NCBI GenBank assembly: GCA_052034235.1
Contig: JBPOIT010000009.1
Span: 72,203-136,202 of the forward strand
Origin: Candidatus Levyibacteriota bacterium
GTDB taxonomy: Bacteria > Patescibacteriota > Microgenomatia > Levybacterales > UBA12049
Reading direction: 5' to 3'
DNA: 64,000 nt
How positions within the stretch are numbered: the first letter of the stretch is position 1; every line of letters starts with the position of its first letter. This document shows positions 1 to 9,564 of the stretch, piece after piece. Position numbers and translations under genes: made by a program. Below the pieces are notes generated by a model. The model was not told the DNA's origin. It did no database searches and saw only the letters and a list, made by a program, of their open reading frames with translations.

Positions 1-87
1 GCGTTGTTTTATATATTCACCAAGTTTTTGAGCTTCGTCTTGACGAAAGCTAAGTGGATAAGAGGCCTCAGTTACGCGCTGATCCAT
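1..87 (-). CDS. 5' end of a CDS running off the window; probable paralog of the ATPase/winged-helix protein at 22788
   Basis: Manual translation from ATG 87: MDQRVTEASYPLSFRQDEAQKLGEYIKQR, open to the window edge; resembles MIQDHLEAQYPSDSREEEISK of 22788..24122; TTGCCA/TACAAT promoter just upstream on the - strand. Confidence 0.6.
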   Translation of the reverse strand, partial: MDQRVTEASYPLSFRQDEAQKLGEYIKQR

Positions 88-132
88 TAGGCAATTGTAT
101 CTATTTTTCGTATGTTTGGCAATCTAGCATTT

Positions 133-148
133 TGTGATAAATGTCACA
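133..148. promoter_or_regulatory. TGTGA-N6-TCACA palindrome (CRP/FNR- or Rex-like operator) in a divergent promoter region
   Basis: tgtga taaatg tcaca; TATACT -10 box of pgk at 169-174. Confidence 0.4.
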
Positions 149-208
149 TATGTCAGGTAACGGTGTGATATACTATTGTTGAGCAGATCGGTACTTCCCT
201 CTAGTGTC

Positions 209-1375
209 ATGAAGTATATAGATGACGTCACCATTACACATAAGACAGTGCTCCTCCGGGTGGATTTTAACGTGTCATTAAACCTCAACCAGACAATTGC
301 AGATGATGTCCGTATCCAACAATCTCTCCCAACTATTAAATACCTGCTTAAGAATCACAACAAAATTATTATCCTCGCCCATTTAGGTGAACCTGAGAAA
401 CGTGATCCTGAATCCTCATTACACCTTGTTGCAAAAAGACTCCATGAATACTTACCAGAAAATAAGGTGACATTGGTTGATGACTTCACAGCAGATGACC
501 ATCAACTAAAAGAACAAACTGAAGATGAAATAATTCTTCTTGAAAATATCAGATTTTACCCGGGAGAACAAGCCAATGATCCAGACTTTGCCAAACAACT
601 CGCAAAATTAGGAGAGATATATGTTAACGACGCCTTCGGCGTATCACATCGTAAAGCAGCATCACTCGTTGGACTCCCAGCAATACTCCCCTCTTACGCA
701 GGACTTCTTATGAAGAAAGAGATTACTATGCTTGAAAAGCTGATGAAACACCCGTACAAACCTTTTGTAGCTATTGTTGGAGGAAAAAAGATTGCAACAA
801 AAATTAAATTCATAACAAAACTTACAACAATTGCAGATTACGTTCTTGTTGGAGGAGGCCTCGCCAATACCTTTCTCGTTGCCTTAGGCCACAAAGTTGG
901 TGAAAGTCTCATTGCTGAGGACGATATTGAACAAGCTAAAAAGATTCTGCATTTAGCAGCAAAAGAAAAAACACAAATCCTCTTCCCTACTGATGTGGTT
1001 GTTGCAAAAAGCCTCGACAGTCATTCAAGCGATGTTAGAAGGATTGACCAAATAGGAGCTCATGAACAAATACTTGATATTGGACCAGACACACAGGCAG
1101 CATTTGGCGCGGCGATTGCAACTGCTAAAACAATTGTATGGAACGGGCCTGTTGGCTATATGGAGAACCCAGAATTCAAAAGAGGCACTGATTTCCTTTA
1201 TTATGCAATCACTCATAATGTCGCCGCAATATCTGTCTTAGGAGGTGGAGATACACTTGCTGCTATTAATAAAAAGGAGTATTTAAATAAAATCACTCAT
1301 ATATCTACCGGCGGAGGCGCTATGTTAGAGTTTATAGAGAATGGTACGCTACCAGCCATCGAAGCTCTCAAGTAA
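209..1375 (+). CDS. pgk: phosphoglycerate kinase
   Basis: LRVDFNV, LLENIRF, VNDAFGVSHR, WNGPVG, GGGDT, HISTGGGA motifs; ATG 209 preferred over TTG 176. Confidence 0.97.
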   Translation: MKYIDDVTITHKTVLLRVDFNVSLNLNQTIADDVRIQQSLPTIKYLLKNHNKIIILAHLGEPEKRDPESSLHLVAKRLHEYLPENKVTLVDDFTADDHQLKEQTEDEIILLENIRFYPGEQANDPDFAKQLAKLGEIYVNDAFGVSHRKAASLVGLPAILPSYAGLLMKKEITMLEKLMKHPYKPFVAIVGGKKIATKIKFITKLTTIADYVLVGGGLANTFLVALGHKVGESLIAEDDIEQAKKILHLAAKEKTQILFPTDVVVAKSLDSHSSDVRRIDQIGAHEQILDIGPDTQAAFGAAIATAKTIVWNGPVGYMENPEFKRGTDFLYYAITHNVAAISVLGGGDTLAAINKKEYLNKITHISTGGGAMLEFIENGTLPAIEALK

Positions 1376-1417
1376 TAACTATTTTTTAATCATATTCTTT
1401 TCTGCTATACTAGCAGA

Positions 1418-2122
1418 ATGGAACTTATTGATTTCATACTTCACTTTGATGAACATCTCAAAACGATAATTGCTACTCTTGGGCCTCTCACTTACCTTAT
1501 TCTGTTTCTTATCGTTTTCGCTGAAACAGGGCTTGTTGTCGTCCCCTTTCTTCCTGGAGACTCATTACTTTTTGCTGTTGGAGCTGTTTCAAAAAGTACA
1601 GAACTCAATTTCACTGTTGCTTATATTACACTTATAAGTGCTGCAATTATGGGAGACTCAGTAAATTACTGGATTGGTAATAAGATTGGTCCTAGGGTTT
1701 TCGCGAAAGAAAACTCCCGTGTTTTTAGAAAAGAATATCTCGAGAAAACACGCGCATTCTATGAAAAGCATGGCGGCAAAACAATTATACTAGCACGATT
1801 CGTTCCTATTGTCCGTACATTTGCACCATTTGTTGCTGGTGTTGGAAAAATGCACTACCGTACATTCCTTTCTTATAATGTCATCGGAGCATTTATCTGG
1901 GTAAGCTCACTCATGGCGGCAGGGTTTTTATTCGGAAGTATACCTTTTGTTGAAAAAAACTTTGAGTATGTCGTTATCGGTATTATTCTCTTCTCACTAC
2001 TTCCGATGTTAATCGAGTACATTAATCATAAAAGAGCTGGCGCTATTACAAAAAAAGAAAAGGTAACAACTTCCTATAGTGACATTGAAGAAACGTTTAC
2101 GAAAAAACATATCAACGATTGA
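1418..2122 (+). CDS. dedA: DedA family membrane protein
   Basis: FAETGLVVVPFLPGDSLLF and ARFVPIVRTFAPFVAG signatures. Confidence 0.95.
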   Translation: MELIDFILHFDEHLKTIIATLGPLTYLILFLIVFAETGLVVVPFLPGDSLLFAVGAVSKSTELNFTVAYITLISAAIMGDSVNYWIGNKIGPRVFAKENSRVFRKEYLEKTRAFYEKHGGKTIILARFVPIVRTFAPFVAGVGKMHYRTFLSYNVIGAFIWVSSLMAAGFLFGSIPFVEKNFEYVVIGIILFSLLPMLIEYINHKRAGAITKKEKVTTSYSDIEETFTKKHIND

Positions 2123-2178
2123 CATCTATACTTAGTTAAGACTCCTCTTTCCAATTTTTCTGTGCTATACTTATTCCC

Positions 2179-3117
2179 ATGGATATTATCTCAATGGTTC
2201 TTATTATCTTAGGCCTTATTCTCTTTGAGACGGTCAGCAGTATTGATAATGCAGTTATAAATGCTCAAGTACTGTCTACCATGTCTGACAGGGCAAAGAA
2301 ATGGTTCCTCACGTGGGGGCTTTTTATCGCTGTTTTTGCGATGAGAGGACTCTTACCTTTTGCAATCATCTGGGCAGTAAATCCAGCTTTAGGACCAATA
2401 GGAGCTATCACTGCAGCGTTCAGCTCTGACCCAAGCGTCAAAGAATCCGTAGAAAAATCTGCTCCAGTGCTCCTTATGGGTGGTGGCGTTTTCCTTCTTT
2501 TTCTCTTTTTCCACTGGATCTTTCTTGAACCAAAACATTACGGCTTAAAAGGCGAACGTTTTATTTATTCTCAAGGCGTTTGGTTTTATGCTGTCGTTTC
2601 AATATTACTCGCCACAATTATCTGGTATGCTATACAAATTGATCCTATGATGGCCTTCTCTGCAGTTGTCGGATCAACGGCTTTCTTTATTACCCACGGT
2701 TTCAAGGAAAATGCTGAAAAAGCAGAACGTGAATTACTCAAAGCAGATAGTGGTCAATCTGACTTAAGTAAGATATTTTATCTTGAAGCTATTGATGCGA
2801 CTTTCTCAATTGATGGTGTTTTAGGCGCTTTTGCTTTTACCCTTTCAGTACCACTGATTATTATTGGAAACGGCATAGGAGCATTTGTGGTTAGAGAGGC
2901 AACTATTAAAGGAATTAATCAAATCAAAAAGTATGTATACCTTAAAAATGGAGCTATGTATTCAGTTTTCTTCCTAGGCTGTGTTATGTTATATGATAGT
3001 TTTGGCCATCATCTACCAGAATTATTAACGCCTGTAACAACAATCTTCATCATCGGGTACTTCTTTCTTAAATCAAAAAAAGAAATCAAACCCGCTTCTG
3101 CAAAAGCTTCTAAATAA
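2179..3117 (+). CDS. TerC-like / DUF475 integral membrane protein
   Basis: SSIDNAVINA, LEAIDATFSIDGVLGAFA, YLKNGAMYS motifs; multiple TM segments. Confidence 0.85.
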   Translation: MDIISMVLIILGLILFETVSSIDNAVINAQVLSTMSDRAKKWFLTWGLFIAVFAMRGLLPFAIIWAVNPALGPIGAITAAFSSDPSVKESVEKSAPVLLMGGGVFLLFLFFHWIFLEPKHYGLKGERFIYSQGVWFYAVVSILLATIIWYAIQIDPMMAFSAVVGSTAFFITHGFKENAEKAERELLKADSGQSDLSKIFYLEAIDATFSIDGVLGAFAFTLSVPLIIIGNGIGAFVVREATIKGINQIKKYVYLKNGAMYSVFFLGCVMLYDSFGHHLPELLTPVTTIFIIGYFFLKSKKEIKPASAKASK

Positions 3118-3118
3118 A

Positions 3119-5815
3119 TTATTTCTTTGAGAACTGAAAAATAATATCTTTATCCGAATCTAACTTTGTTTGATAACTTACTTTTCCTCCAATGTCTACT
3201 CCCCCACTCTCTTTGCTATTGAGGAATCCATAACCCGAAGGATATGCAACAATAAGACTGAAGGGATCAGAGACAGTGCCTGGTTGTTTAAAAAGTCTAA
3301 GGTTATAAAGCAGCTCTGGAGCATTTTGTTTTTTTACTTGTGGGATAGTAAAGTTAATTGCAATTGTTTTCTTACTGCCGGCAGGTACTTGATGAACAAA
3401 TCCAATTGCTCTTTTACCACTGATCGTTGTTTCTTCAAGTTCAAGTTCTGCGGGTGGTAAAAATCCAGTTTTTGTAAAAACTGCAGGATCTGCAATCGCG
3501 GGAGTTGTTTTAACTACTTGGTTATCAAAAAGAACGGAAGTTATTTGAGCAATATTAGGTAATAAGAACCTCACATAATTTTTGTAATCACCACCAAAAG
3601 GACTATCTTTCTTACTTGTATTCTCATACGTTACCGTCACCGTAGATTGCATATCAGACTCTCCTACTGAGACCTTTTGATCAATGACACGCTTGAGGTA
3701 ATAATTTGTTTTGTTTGCCCCAATATTTGCATCAATAACTCCAAGATAGTCAAGGATAGAACCCTCTGATTGAGATCTCGCATCCCACATGGCACCTGAA
3801 AGATTATTTACTGTGTATACTTCTTGTAATCCAATATCAGAGAAAGCTACCATTACATGTTTTCCCTTAATCGACTCTATAATGCCAGAACTAAGTAATG
3901 GTACTGATATTTGTTTTTTCTCTTGGATATGAAGGGTTATTGCGTTAAAGAGTGACCGAAGAAAATCCTTTTTTTGTGATGACCCAGGAAAAAAATCTTT
4001 TTCAGCATGTGTCTGCGTTAGCATATAAAAATTATCAGCGGTTACTGTCTCGTTATAATCCTCTACTTTGACTGAACCAATTGCTTTAAGTACTTTATGA
4101 AGGAATTCAGTGTCAACTGCGATTACACCATCAACTTTTTCATTTGTTTCAAGTTGCAGGAAGTTTGTAGCCAGCTGAGCGTTTTTTGTAAAATCTGGAT
4201 CAAAATTGCTATCACGCAGGAACCAATGAGCTGCACCTAAGTATCTTCGTAAACCATATGGCGGCTCAATATGTGTTGTAAGTTTGCCGTCAGCATCATA
4301 AACGTCATAAATTTGTAAAGGATCGTATTTACCGTTTTCAATTGAGAGTAATCCATAGGAACCAATGAATCCCCCACCCGGGCGGAGTTCCATATTATTT
4401 TGAAATAATACGAGATACTTTTTTTTGCCTTCAAAACCCAAAATAACAGGATACGTGTCTCCTGTATTTTCAAGAAGTATGATTATCTCTTCAAGTTTTG
4501 TCATTTTCGCTTCGATTTGTTGTGGCAATTTGTGTTCGGCTTTTAATTTTTGTAATGTTAATAATGAGTTCTTTGTACCGGCTAATGCTTGTAAGAAATC
4601 ATGTTTTGGCTGAGATGTCTTACCATCTGTAATTTTTTGCATAGTCTCTGCAGAATTAAGTAATTCACTTGCAACTTCTGTTACTTGTTTTCCCAAGGAG
4701 AGTTGTTCAGAAAGTGCGTGCTTTTGAGAGGCAGCTACATATTCCAAATAAATCAATGCTTCTGTCATGGTAGATGCTGAACTAAATGAGAAATCTGCAG
4801 CTGCAATATATTGTTTGGCTGAGGCAAAATTTGTCTTTTCTGCTTCCTTGATGGACATTTGCAACGAACTTACTCCGACAATTGAGAAAAGGCCAATAAG
4901 CACACCAGGTAAAATAATAAAATATAAAAGTATGATACCTATAATAAGTATTGGACTCCCCTTTTGTTTACCGGTTTTTTGCATTGTTTTTTTGAGGTGC
5001 ACTCTTTCACCTCTTGTTATTTGCTGTGTAAAATCAATATCTCGCAGTCTTGCTTCTAGATTGTAGTCAGGAAAACAATACGCTCCTTCTTGCGGAATAT
5101 AATATTGAGGCTGGCGTCTTTTGTATTTACGATAGTCCACTTTAAAATGAGGATGTATTTTCTGAATAATTCTCGCTACTGAGGTTTCACTAATTTCATG
5201 TTTTGGAAAGATAAAAAGTACTCTGCTTGTTCGAGTTTGCGAGAACGCGACTGCAATAAGCGCAGTAAGTAAATCCTCTAGATGAACCGGGTATAAATGC
5301 CCAGAACCATTGCTTGGAACTTCAATCCTCCCATGCAAACGTGCTTGGAAAATAAAATATGTTAATAAGTTTTCTTCGAGCAAATCATTATCAAATATTT
5401 CCCCATAAAGCACGATGTGTAAATGATGAAAAATATGTTTTGAAAGTGCTTTAAATAACGATGGACTACTATAAAAAAGTGATGTGATAAAAAACAATTT
5501 GCCTGCACTTTCATTAGCTTTTTTCATAAAAGAAGGCAGCATATCGAGCATCTCCTCTTCTCCGTTGTAGTACAGAAAAACATGTGAATAGATGTTATCG
5601 GGAATTAACGGGATTTTTTTTCTGTAAGGAATATGAATAATATTACGTTCAGTTGCCATTTCTTCGGGGATTTTCGGCGATACCAATACGACTAAGAATT
5701 GTCTATATAGTTTTCTTGCAAGCTCTATCCCCAATGCACCTGATTTGTCTATAATAAGTATGGGTAAAAGTGAAGTTCGTTCGGTAGTAACTAAGAGTGG
5801 TCTATTTTCAGCCAT
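3119..5815 (-). CDS. DUF4012 domain membrane-anchored protein with degenerate Rossmann/epimerase-like N-terminus
   Basis: YLVLFQNNMELRPGGGFIGSY, RDSNFDPDF, VDGVIAVD, NIGANKTN, KQPGT motifs; central TM; start uncertain (5815/5860). Confidence 0.8.
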   Translation of the reverse strand: MAENRPLLVTTERTSLLPILIIDKSGALGIELARKLYRQFLVVLVSPKIPEEMATERNIIHIPYRKKIPLIPDNIYSHVFLYYNGEEEMLDMLPSFMKKANESAGKLFFITSLFYSSPSLFKALSKHIFHHLHIVLYGEIFDNDLLEENLLTYFIFQARLHGRIEVPSNGSGHLYPVHLEDLLTALIAVAFSQTRTSRVLFIFPKHEISETSVARIIQKIHPHFKVDYRKYKRRQPQYYIPQEGAYCFPDYNLEARLRDIDFTQQITRGERVHLKKTMQKTGKQKGSPILIIGIILLYFIILPGVLIGLFSIVGVSSLQMSIKEAEKTNFASAKQYIAAADFSFSSASTMTEALIYLEYVAASQKHALSEQLSLGKQVTEVASELLNSAETMQKITDGKTSQPKHDFLQALAGTKNSLLTLQKLKAEHKLPQQIEAKMTKLEEIIILLENTGDTYPVILGFEGKKKYLVLFQNNMELRPGGGFIGSYGLLSIENGKYDPLQIYDVYDADGKLTTHIEPPYGLRRYLGAAHWFLRDSNFDPDFTKNAQLATNFLQLETNEKVDGVIAVDTEFLHKVLKAIGSVKVEDYNETVTADNFYMLTQTHAEKDFFPGSSQKKDFLRSLFNAITLHIQEKKQISVPLLSSGIIESIKGKHVMVAFSDIGLQEVYTVNNLSGAMWDARSQSEGSILDYLGVIDANIGANKTNYYLKRVIDQKVSVGESDMQSTVTVTYENTSKKDSPFGGDYKNYVRFLLPNIAQITSVLFDNQVVKTTPAIADPAVFTKTGFLPPAELELEETTISGKRAIGFVHQVPAGSKKTIAINFTIPQVKKQNAPELLYNLRLFKQPGTVSDPFSLIVAYPSGYGFLNSKESGGVDIGGKVSYQTKLDSDKDIIFQFSKK

Positions 5816-5892
5816 ATACTCATGATACATCGAGGAGTAATGGGTGTAAACAAAAAACAAGTTTCTAGGTTCAAATTAGGTATAATTTTACT

Positions 5893-5936
5893 ATTGGGTT
5901 ATGCATATTTTTCGATTAATTTGCATAACTACCAAT
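5893..5936. terminator. imperfect hairpin between the O-antigen-ligase-like gene and the DUF4012 gene
   Basis: attgg-gttatgca ... tgcataac-ta-ccaat inverted repeat. Confidence 0.35.
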
Positions 5937-5999
5937 CATATTGTATATTAATCTATTCTGTCAAGATACGAAAATAACTCGAATTAACAAGCTTTTTCA

Positions 6000-7352
6000 C
6001 TATGTTCCTATATTTTTCGCCTTACCCAAATGCAATGTCATTGAAAGGTTAGTCCAACTTAGTCCAAGTATAAAAGTAAACAAGAGTTGTCCTTGCTGTA
6101 GGGTAATCCAATAATGATCCATACTACCAGTAACTAGTATTACCGAGAAACAAACAAGAATTGGAATATGAGTCAACAATTGTTTTTTGTGGAACATACG
6201 CTTAAAAGTTTTCCCGAGAAATACGAACATAAACCCTAATCCTACAATCCCAATCTCAGCACCTATCAAAAGAAAAAGATTATGCACTGGTTGAAGATGT
6301 AAATGCATTAAAAGAGGGGATTGTGCCTCATACAGTGATGGAAGGAAATTACCAAGCCCTACGCCCTCTACAGGGCGTTTGACGACCATTGTTAAAGCAG
6401 CTTGTGCCAATAAATTTCTTTCTACGAATGATTCCTCCGTAACGGATGTCGTAAGAAAGCGAGGTGCGACAATTTGAGTAATGAGTAAAATACTTACGAC
6501 AGCGATAAAAGAATAACTAAATACCCTTAACTTTCCTAAGACTAATGCTTTATTGATAACTTGTCTCATAAACACTATCACAATAAATCCCACCCAGATA
6601 AGAATGGCAATCCTACTTAACGTAAGTAAGAGAGCTGCACTACCAAGGAGGAGAGAACTAACTGCAAGTATTCGTAGTGATTTGCGAGTCACTGGATATA
6701 AGTAAAAGAAGATAAGAAACATGCTCACAACAAGAAATCCTGCAAGCACATTGGGATGTGGGAATGTGCCATATGCACGCATCACAAGTTCTCCATTAAG
6801 AGACGCATTTGCTATCCCAGGAGTTGAAGCAGTAAATGAACGTTCTCCAAAAAAGTAAAATAGCCCACCGATTGAACTTTGAATATTATATTGAAGAATT
6901 GCTACTATTGATTCGAAAACGACACCGACAGCAAGTAAACTAGTTATTTGTTGTAAAGACATAATCTTTGGGACAGATGCTTTAATGTAAAAGAACAACA
7001 ATGCATATTCGACAAATTTAACCCAATGATAAAAACCGTTATAAATATTGCCAGAGACAAAAATATTAATAAGCAAAAAGAGAATAAAGAGAAGAAGAGG
7101 GAATGGGAATAGAAACTTTTTTAGAGATAGTTGCTTGTGGTTTGTATTACGAATAACCCAAACTATAAAAAGAGAAACAATCAATAAGTCTGTTGTATAG
7201 ATAGTGGGGGAGAGATAATCAATTCTAAGACCATTAACGACTGCAAATTCTGGCCAAAAGTGTTTACCAAACTGTGTAGGTAAAAGCAGAATTAAGAGAA
7301 TAAATGCAGTTTTTTCAAACAATATGAGAGGGTTTTTTATGAGTAATCGCAT
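6000..7352 (-). CDS. O-antigen ligase (Wzy_C/WaaL-like) family protein
   Basis: RAYGTFPHPNVLAG, LTLSR, GVGLGNF, PVHNLFLL motifs; polytopic membrane protein. Confidence 0.9.
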   Translation of the reverse strand: MRLLIKNPLILFEKTAFILLILLLPTQFGKHFWPEFAVVNGLRIDYLSPTIYTTDLLIVSLFIVWVIRNTNHKQLSLKKFLFPFPLLLFILFLLINIFVSGNIYNGFYHWVKFVEYALLFFYIKASVPKIMSLQQITSLLAVGVVFESIVAILQYNIQSSIGGLFYFFGERSFTASTPGIANASLNGELVMRAYGTFPHPNVLAGFLVVSMFLIFFYLYPVTRKSLRILAVSSLLLGSAALLLTLSRIAILIWVGFIVIVFMRQVINKALVLGKLRVFSYSFIAVVSILLITQIVAPRFLTTSVTEESFVERNLLAQAALTMVVKRPVEGVGLGNFLPSLYEAQSPLLMHLHLQPVHNLFLLIGAEIGIVGLGFMFVFLGKTFKRMFHKKQLLTHIPILVCFSVILVTGSMDHYWITLQQGQLLFTFILGLSWTNLSMTLHLGKAKNIGT

Positions 7353-7416
7353 TTGTACGATTATAGCGCAGAATTTCTAATGTATATAAGGAAAAATGGT
7401 TAAGAGACGAGGGGGG

Positions 7417-7887
7417 TTATTTAGGTTTGATGATGAGTACACGGTCTTTGCCTTCTCCTGATGATTCTGACATGACCTGGTCGTCATCTTGTAAAAGAAC
7501 GTGAATGATTCTACGTTCCCAAGATTTCAGAGACATTAAGATTTGTTCCTGGTTTTCCTCAATTGCTTTTTCTTTTGTTTGTTGTGCGAGTTTCTCAAGA
7601 TATTCAGTTCTGTTTTTCTTGTAACCGTCAACTTCAATGGAAATGCGCATAAAGTGTCCGAGTTTCTTAGCAATTGCTAAAGAGAGGATGAGCTGCAGTG
7701 ATTCTAAAACTTCGCCGTGGTAACCAATAACCATACCTGTATCTTTGGTTTCCATCATGATATCAAGCGTTTCTCCGTTTGTTGCGATAGAGAACGTGCC
7801 ATCAATGCCTAATAATGAAAACAGCTCTTCAACGAGTTGTTCAATTGCTTTTTGATCTTTTGCTGTGATTTTGGTTGCTTCTTCCAT
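7417..7887 (-). CDS. jag: Jag/KhpB RNA-binding protein (KH + R3H, short form)
   Basis: VIGYHGEVLESLQ (KH) and ERRIIH...SESSGEG.DR (R3H); synteny with yidC. Confidence 0.9.
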   Translation of the reverse strand: MEEATKITAKDQKAIEQLVEELFSLLGIDGTFSIATNGETLDIMMETKDTGMVIGYHGEVLESLQLILSLAIAKKLGHFMRISIEVDGYKKNRTEYLEKLAQQTKEKAIEENQEQILMSLKSWERRIIHVLLQDDDQVMSESSGEGKDRVLIIKPK

Positions 7888-7892
7888 AGTAT

Positions 7893-8717
7893 TTATGCTT
7901 TCTTGCCGCTTAATTTAGTGACCCATCCTTGGAGCCCACCCCATCCGCTGACAAGGTACTGCTGTATAATACCAAAAATCGTGTAAGTATTCCAGTAGAG
8001 AGATAAACCTACTGAAAACTGGAAAGAGAAGACTGCAATCATAATTGGAAGAATATAAAGTGTTTGCTTTTGAAATGTGGCCATGAAATCTTCAGGTTTT
8101 GGATCTCGAATTTGTTGCACTGTTTTCTTTGTAGAAGCAGGCATCATCATTTTTGATTGTGCAAATTGGAAAACTGCTGTTAATACAGGTACTAAAATTG
8201 CAAGTACCGGTGCAACAGCCATAAGTTGTGTTGGCGTTTTATCAAGTGCCAAACCAAAGAAATCAGTATTAAATGGCTGCATTATCTGAAGAGCTGGCGC
8301 ATAAGCCAAATTATTAACATACGTAACTAAATCTTTACCTTGCTTTGATAACACGTTCATAAGCGCAGGATAAAGACCAAAAAGTAAAATGACTATTTGT
8401 ACTAAACCTGGTAAACAACCAGCTGCTGGATTAACTCCATGTTCACGATAAAGAGCGAGTTGTGCCTGCTGCTGTTGTTTCATATCTCCCTTGTATTTCT
8501 CTTTTATCTTATTCATCAGCGGAGCAAGCTCCTGCATCTTTTTTGACATGGTGAGTTGATTGGTAACAAGGGGATACATGATGAGTCTAATAAAAACAGT
8601 TAATAGAATAATTGAAAATCCAAAAGCATAGGGAATATGCATCGAAGATAGCAGATGATAGAAGGCTAACAAGCTATTGGTAATTGGTTGAATTAAGATG
8701 ATATTAAATATGTCCAT
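7893..8717 (-). CDS. yidC: membrane protein insertase YidC/Oxa1
   Basis: IILLTVFIRLIMYPL, GVNPAAGCLP, GLSLYW; canonical synteny. Confidence 0.95.
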   Translation of the reverse strand: MDIFNIILIQPITNSLLAFYHLLSSMHIPYAFGFSIILLTVFIRLIMYPLVTNQLTMSKKMQELAPLMNKIKEKYKGDMKQQQQAQLALYREHGVNPAAGCLPGLVQIVILLFGLYPALMNVLSKQGKDLVTYVNNLAYAPALQIMQPFNTDFFGLALDKTPTQLMAVAPVLAILVPVLTAVFQFAQSKMMMPASTKKTVQQIRDPKPEDFMATFQKQTLYILPIMIAVFSFQFSVGLSLYWNTYTIFGIIQQYLVSGWGGLQGWVTKLSGKKA

Positions 8718-8922
8718 ATGATTTACTGAAAGGCTGGCAGCTAAGTAATCTACGCATTGCCAATTGTACTCCTTTTAAAACACCGTGTTTTTCGACCGAT
8801 TGTTTCGCATATGCTGAACATGTAGGTGTGTATCTGCACATTGATTTGATACCGAGAAGCTGATTGATGGCAGGTGAAATAAATTGATATATGCTAATTA
8901 AACTAAGTAATATAAACTTCAT
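8704..8922 (-). CDS. yidD: membrane protein insertion efficiency factor
   Basis: YQFISP...CRYTPTCSAYA...RLLSCQPF. Confidence 0.93.
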   Translation of the reverse strand: MKFILLSLISIYQFISPAINQLLGIKSMCRYTPTCSAYAKQSVEKHGVLKGVQLAMRRLLSCQPFSKSYGHI

Positions 8923-8945
8923 TATGTGTAACTTTGGGTGAACAA

Positions 8946-9278
8946 TTATGATTTCAGCAGCTTCTTTATTGAAAGAAACTTATCAGTTTCACTTAAGAGG
9001 ATTTCTCTCTCAGCACCTATTATACCTTTTTTTAATAAAAAAAGCATGTCATACCCACCAATGATGTTTTCGAAACGTTCCTCAATGCATGATCTGAGTA
9101 TTCGTCTAGCTTTATTGCGATATACAGCTTGTTTTGCAACTGCCTTACCAATAATAAAACCGAATCTACTATATTCCTGTGCGTTAGGTATAACCTTAAC
9201 AAGAAAATATGCTGTTGGATAAACGGATGCGTTCCTAAAATGGACTGAAGCCGGTAAACGGTATTGACGGGGGAGCAT
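8946..9278 (-). CDS. rnpA: ribonuclease P protein component
   Basis: SRFGFIIGK...AVYRNKARR RNR motif; synteny. Confidence 0.93.
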   Translation of the reverse strand: MLPRQYRLPASVHFRNASVYPTAYFLVKVIPNAQEYSRFGFIIGKAVAKQAVYRNKARRILRSCIEERFENIIGGYDMLFLLKKGIIGAEREILLSETDKFLSIKKLLKS

Positions 9279-9282
9279 GAAA

Positions 9283-9417
9283 TTAAACGGTTAGTCTAGC
9301 TCTACCTTGATCTCTTCTACGTTTGATTGTTTTACGACCGCCATGAGATTTCATCATGACCAAAAAGCCGTGTTTTCGCTTGCGCTTTACTTTTTTAATT
9401 TTTGTTAATCTTTCCAT
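9283..9417 (-). CDS. rpmH: 50S ribosomal protein L34 (44 aa, not in the ORF track)
   Basis: Manual translation MERLTKIKKVKRKRKHGFLVMMKSHGGRKTIKRRRDQGRARLTV; lies between rnpA and dnaA. Confidence 0.92.
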   Translation of the reverse strand: MERLTKIKKVKRKRKHGFLVMMKSHGGRKTIKRRRDQGRARLTV

Positions 9418-9538
9418 GACGTATAGTATAGCAAATTTAGTCACAATTAACAATTCTTAGATAATCACCGTTTATTCACCAAAACACACCAATTAGTACA
9501 GCTTGTTAAATAATGCCATTTCGAGTCTTGACAATGAG

Positions 9539-9547
9539 TTATCCACA
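9539..9547 (+). promoter_or_regulatory. DnaA box upstream of dnaA
   Basis: exact TTATCCACA. Confidence 0.8.
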
Positions 9548-9564
9548 TTATTAAATAGAAACCC

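Noticed and set aside
31-51. Hairpin agcttcgtc-tt-gacgaaagct as an ncRNA
   Set aside because: It lies inside the CDS starting at 87 on the - strand; no other RNA family features
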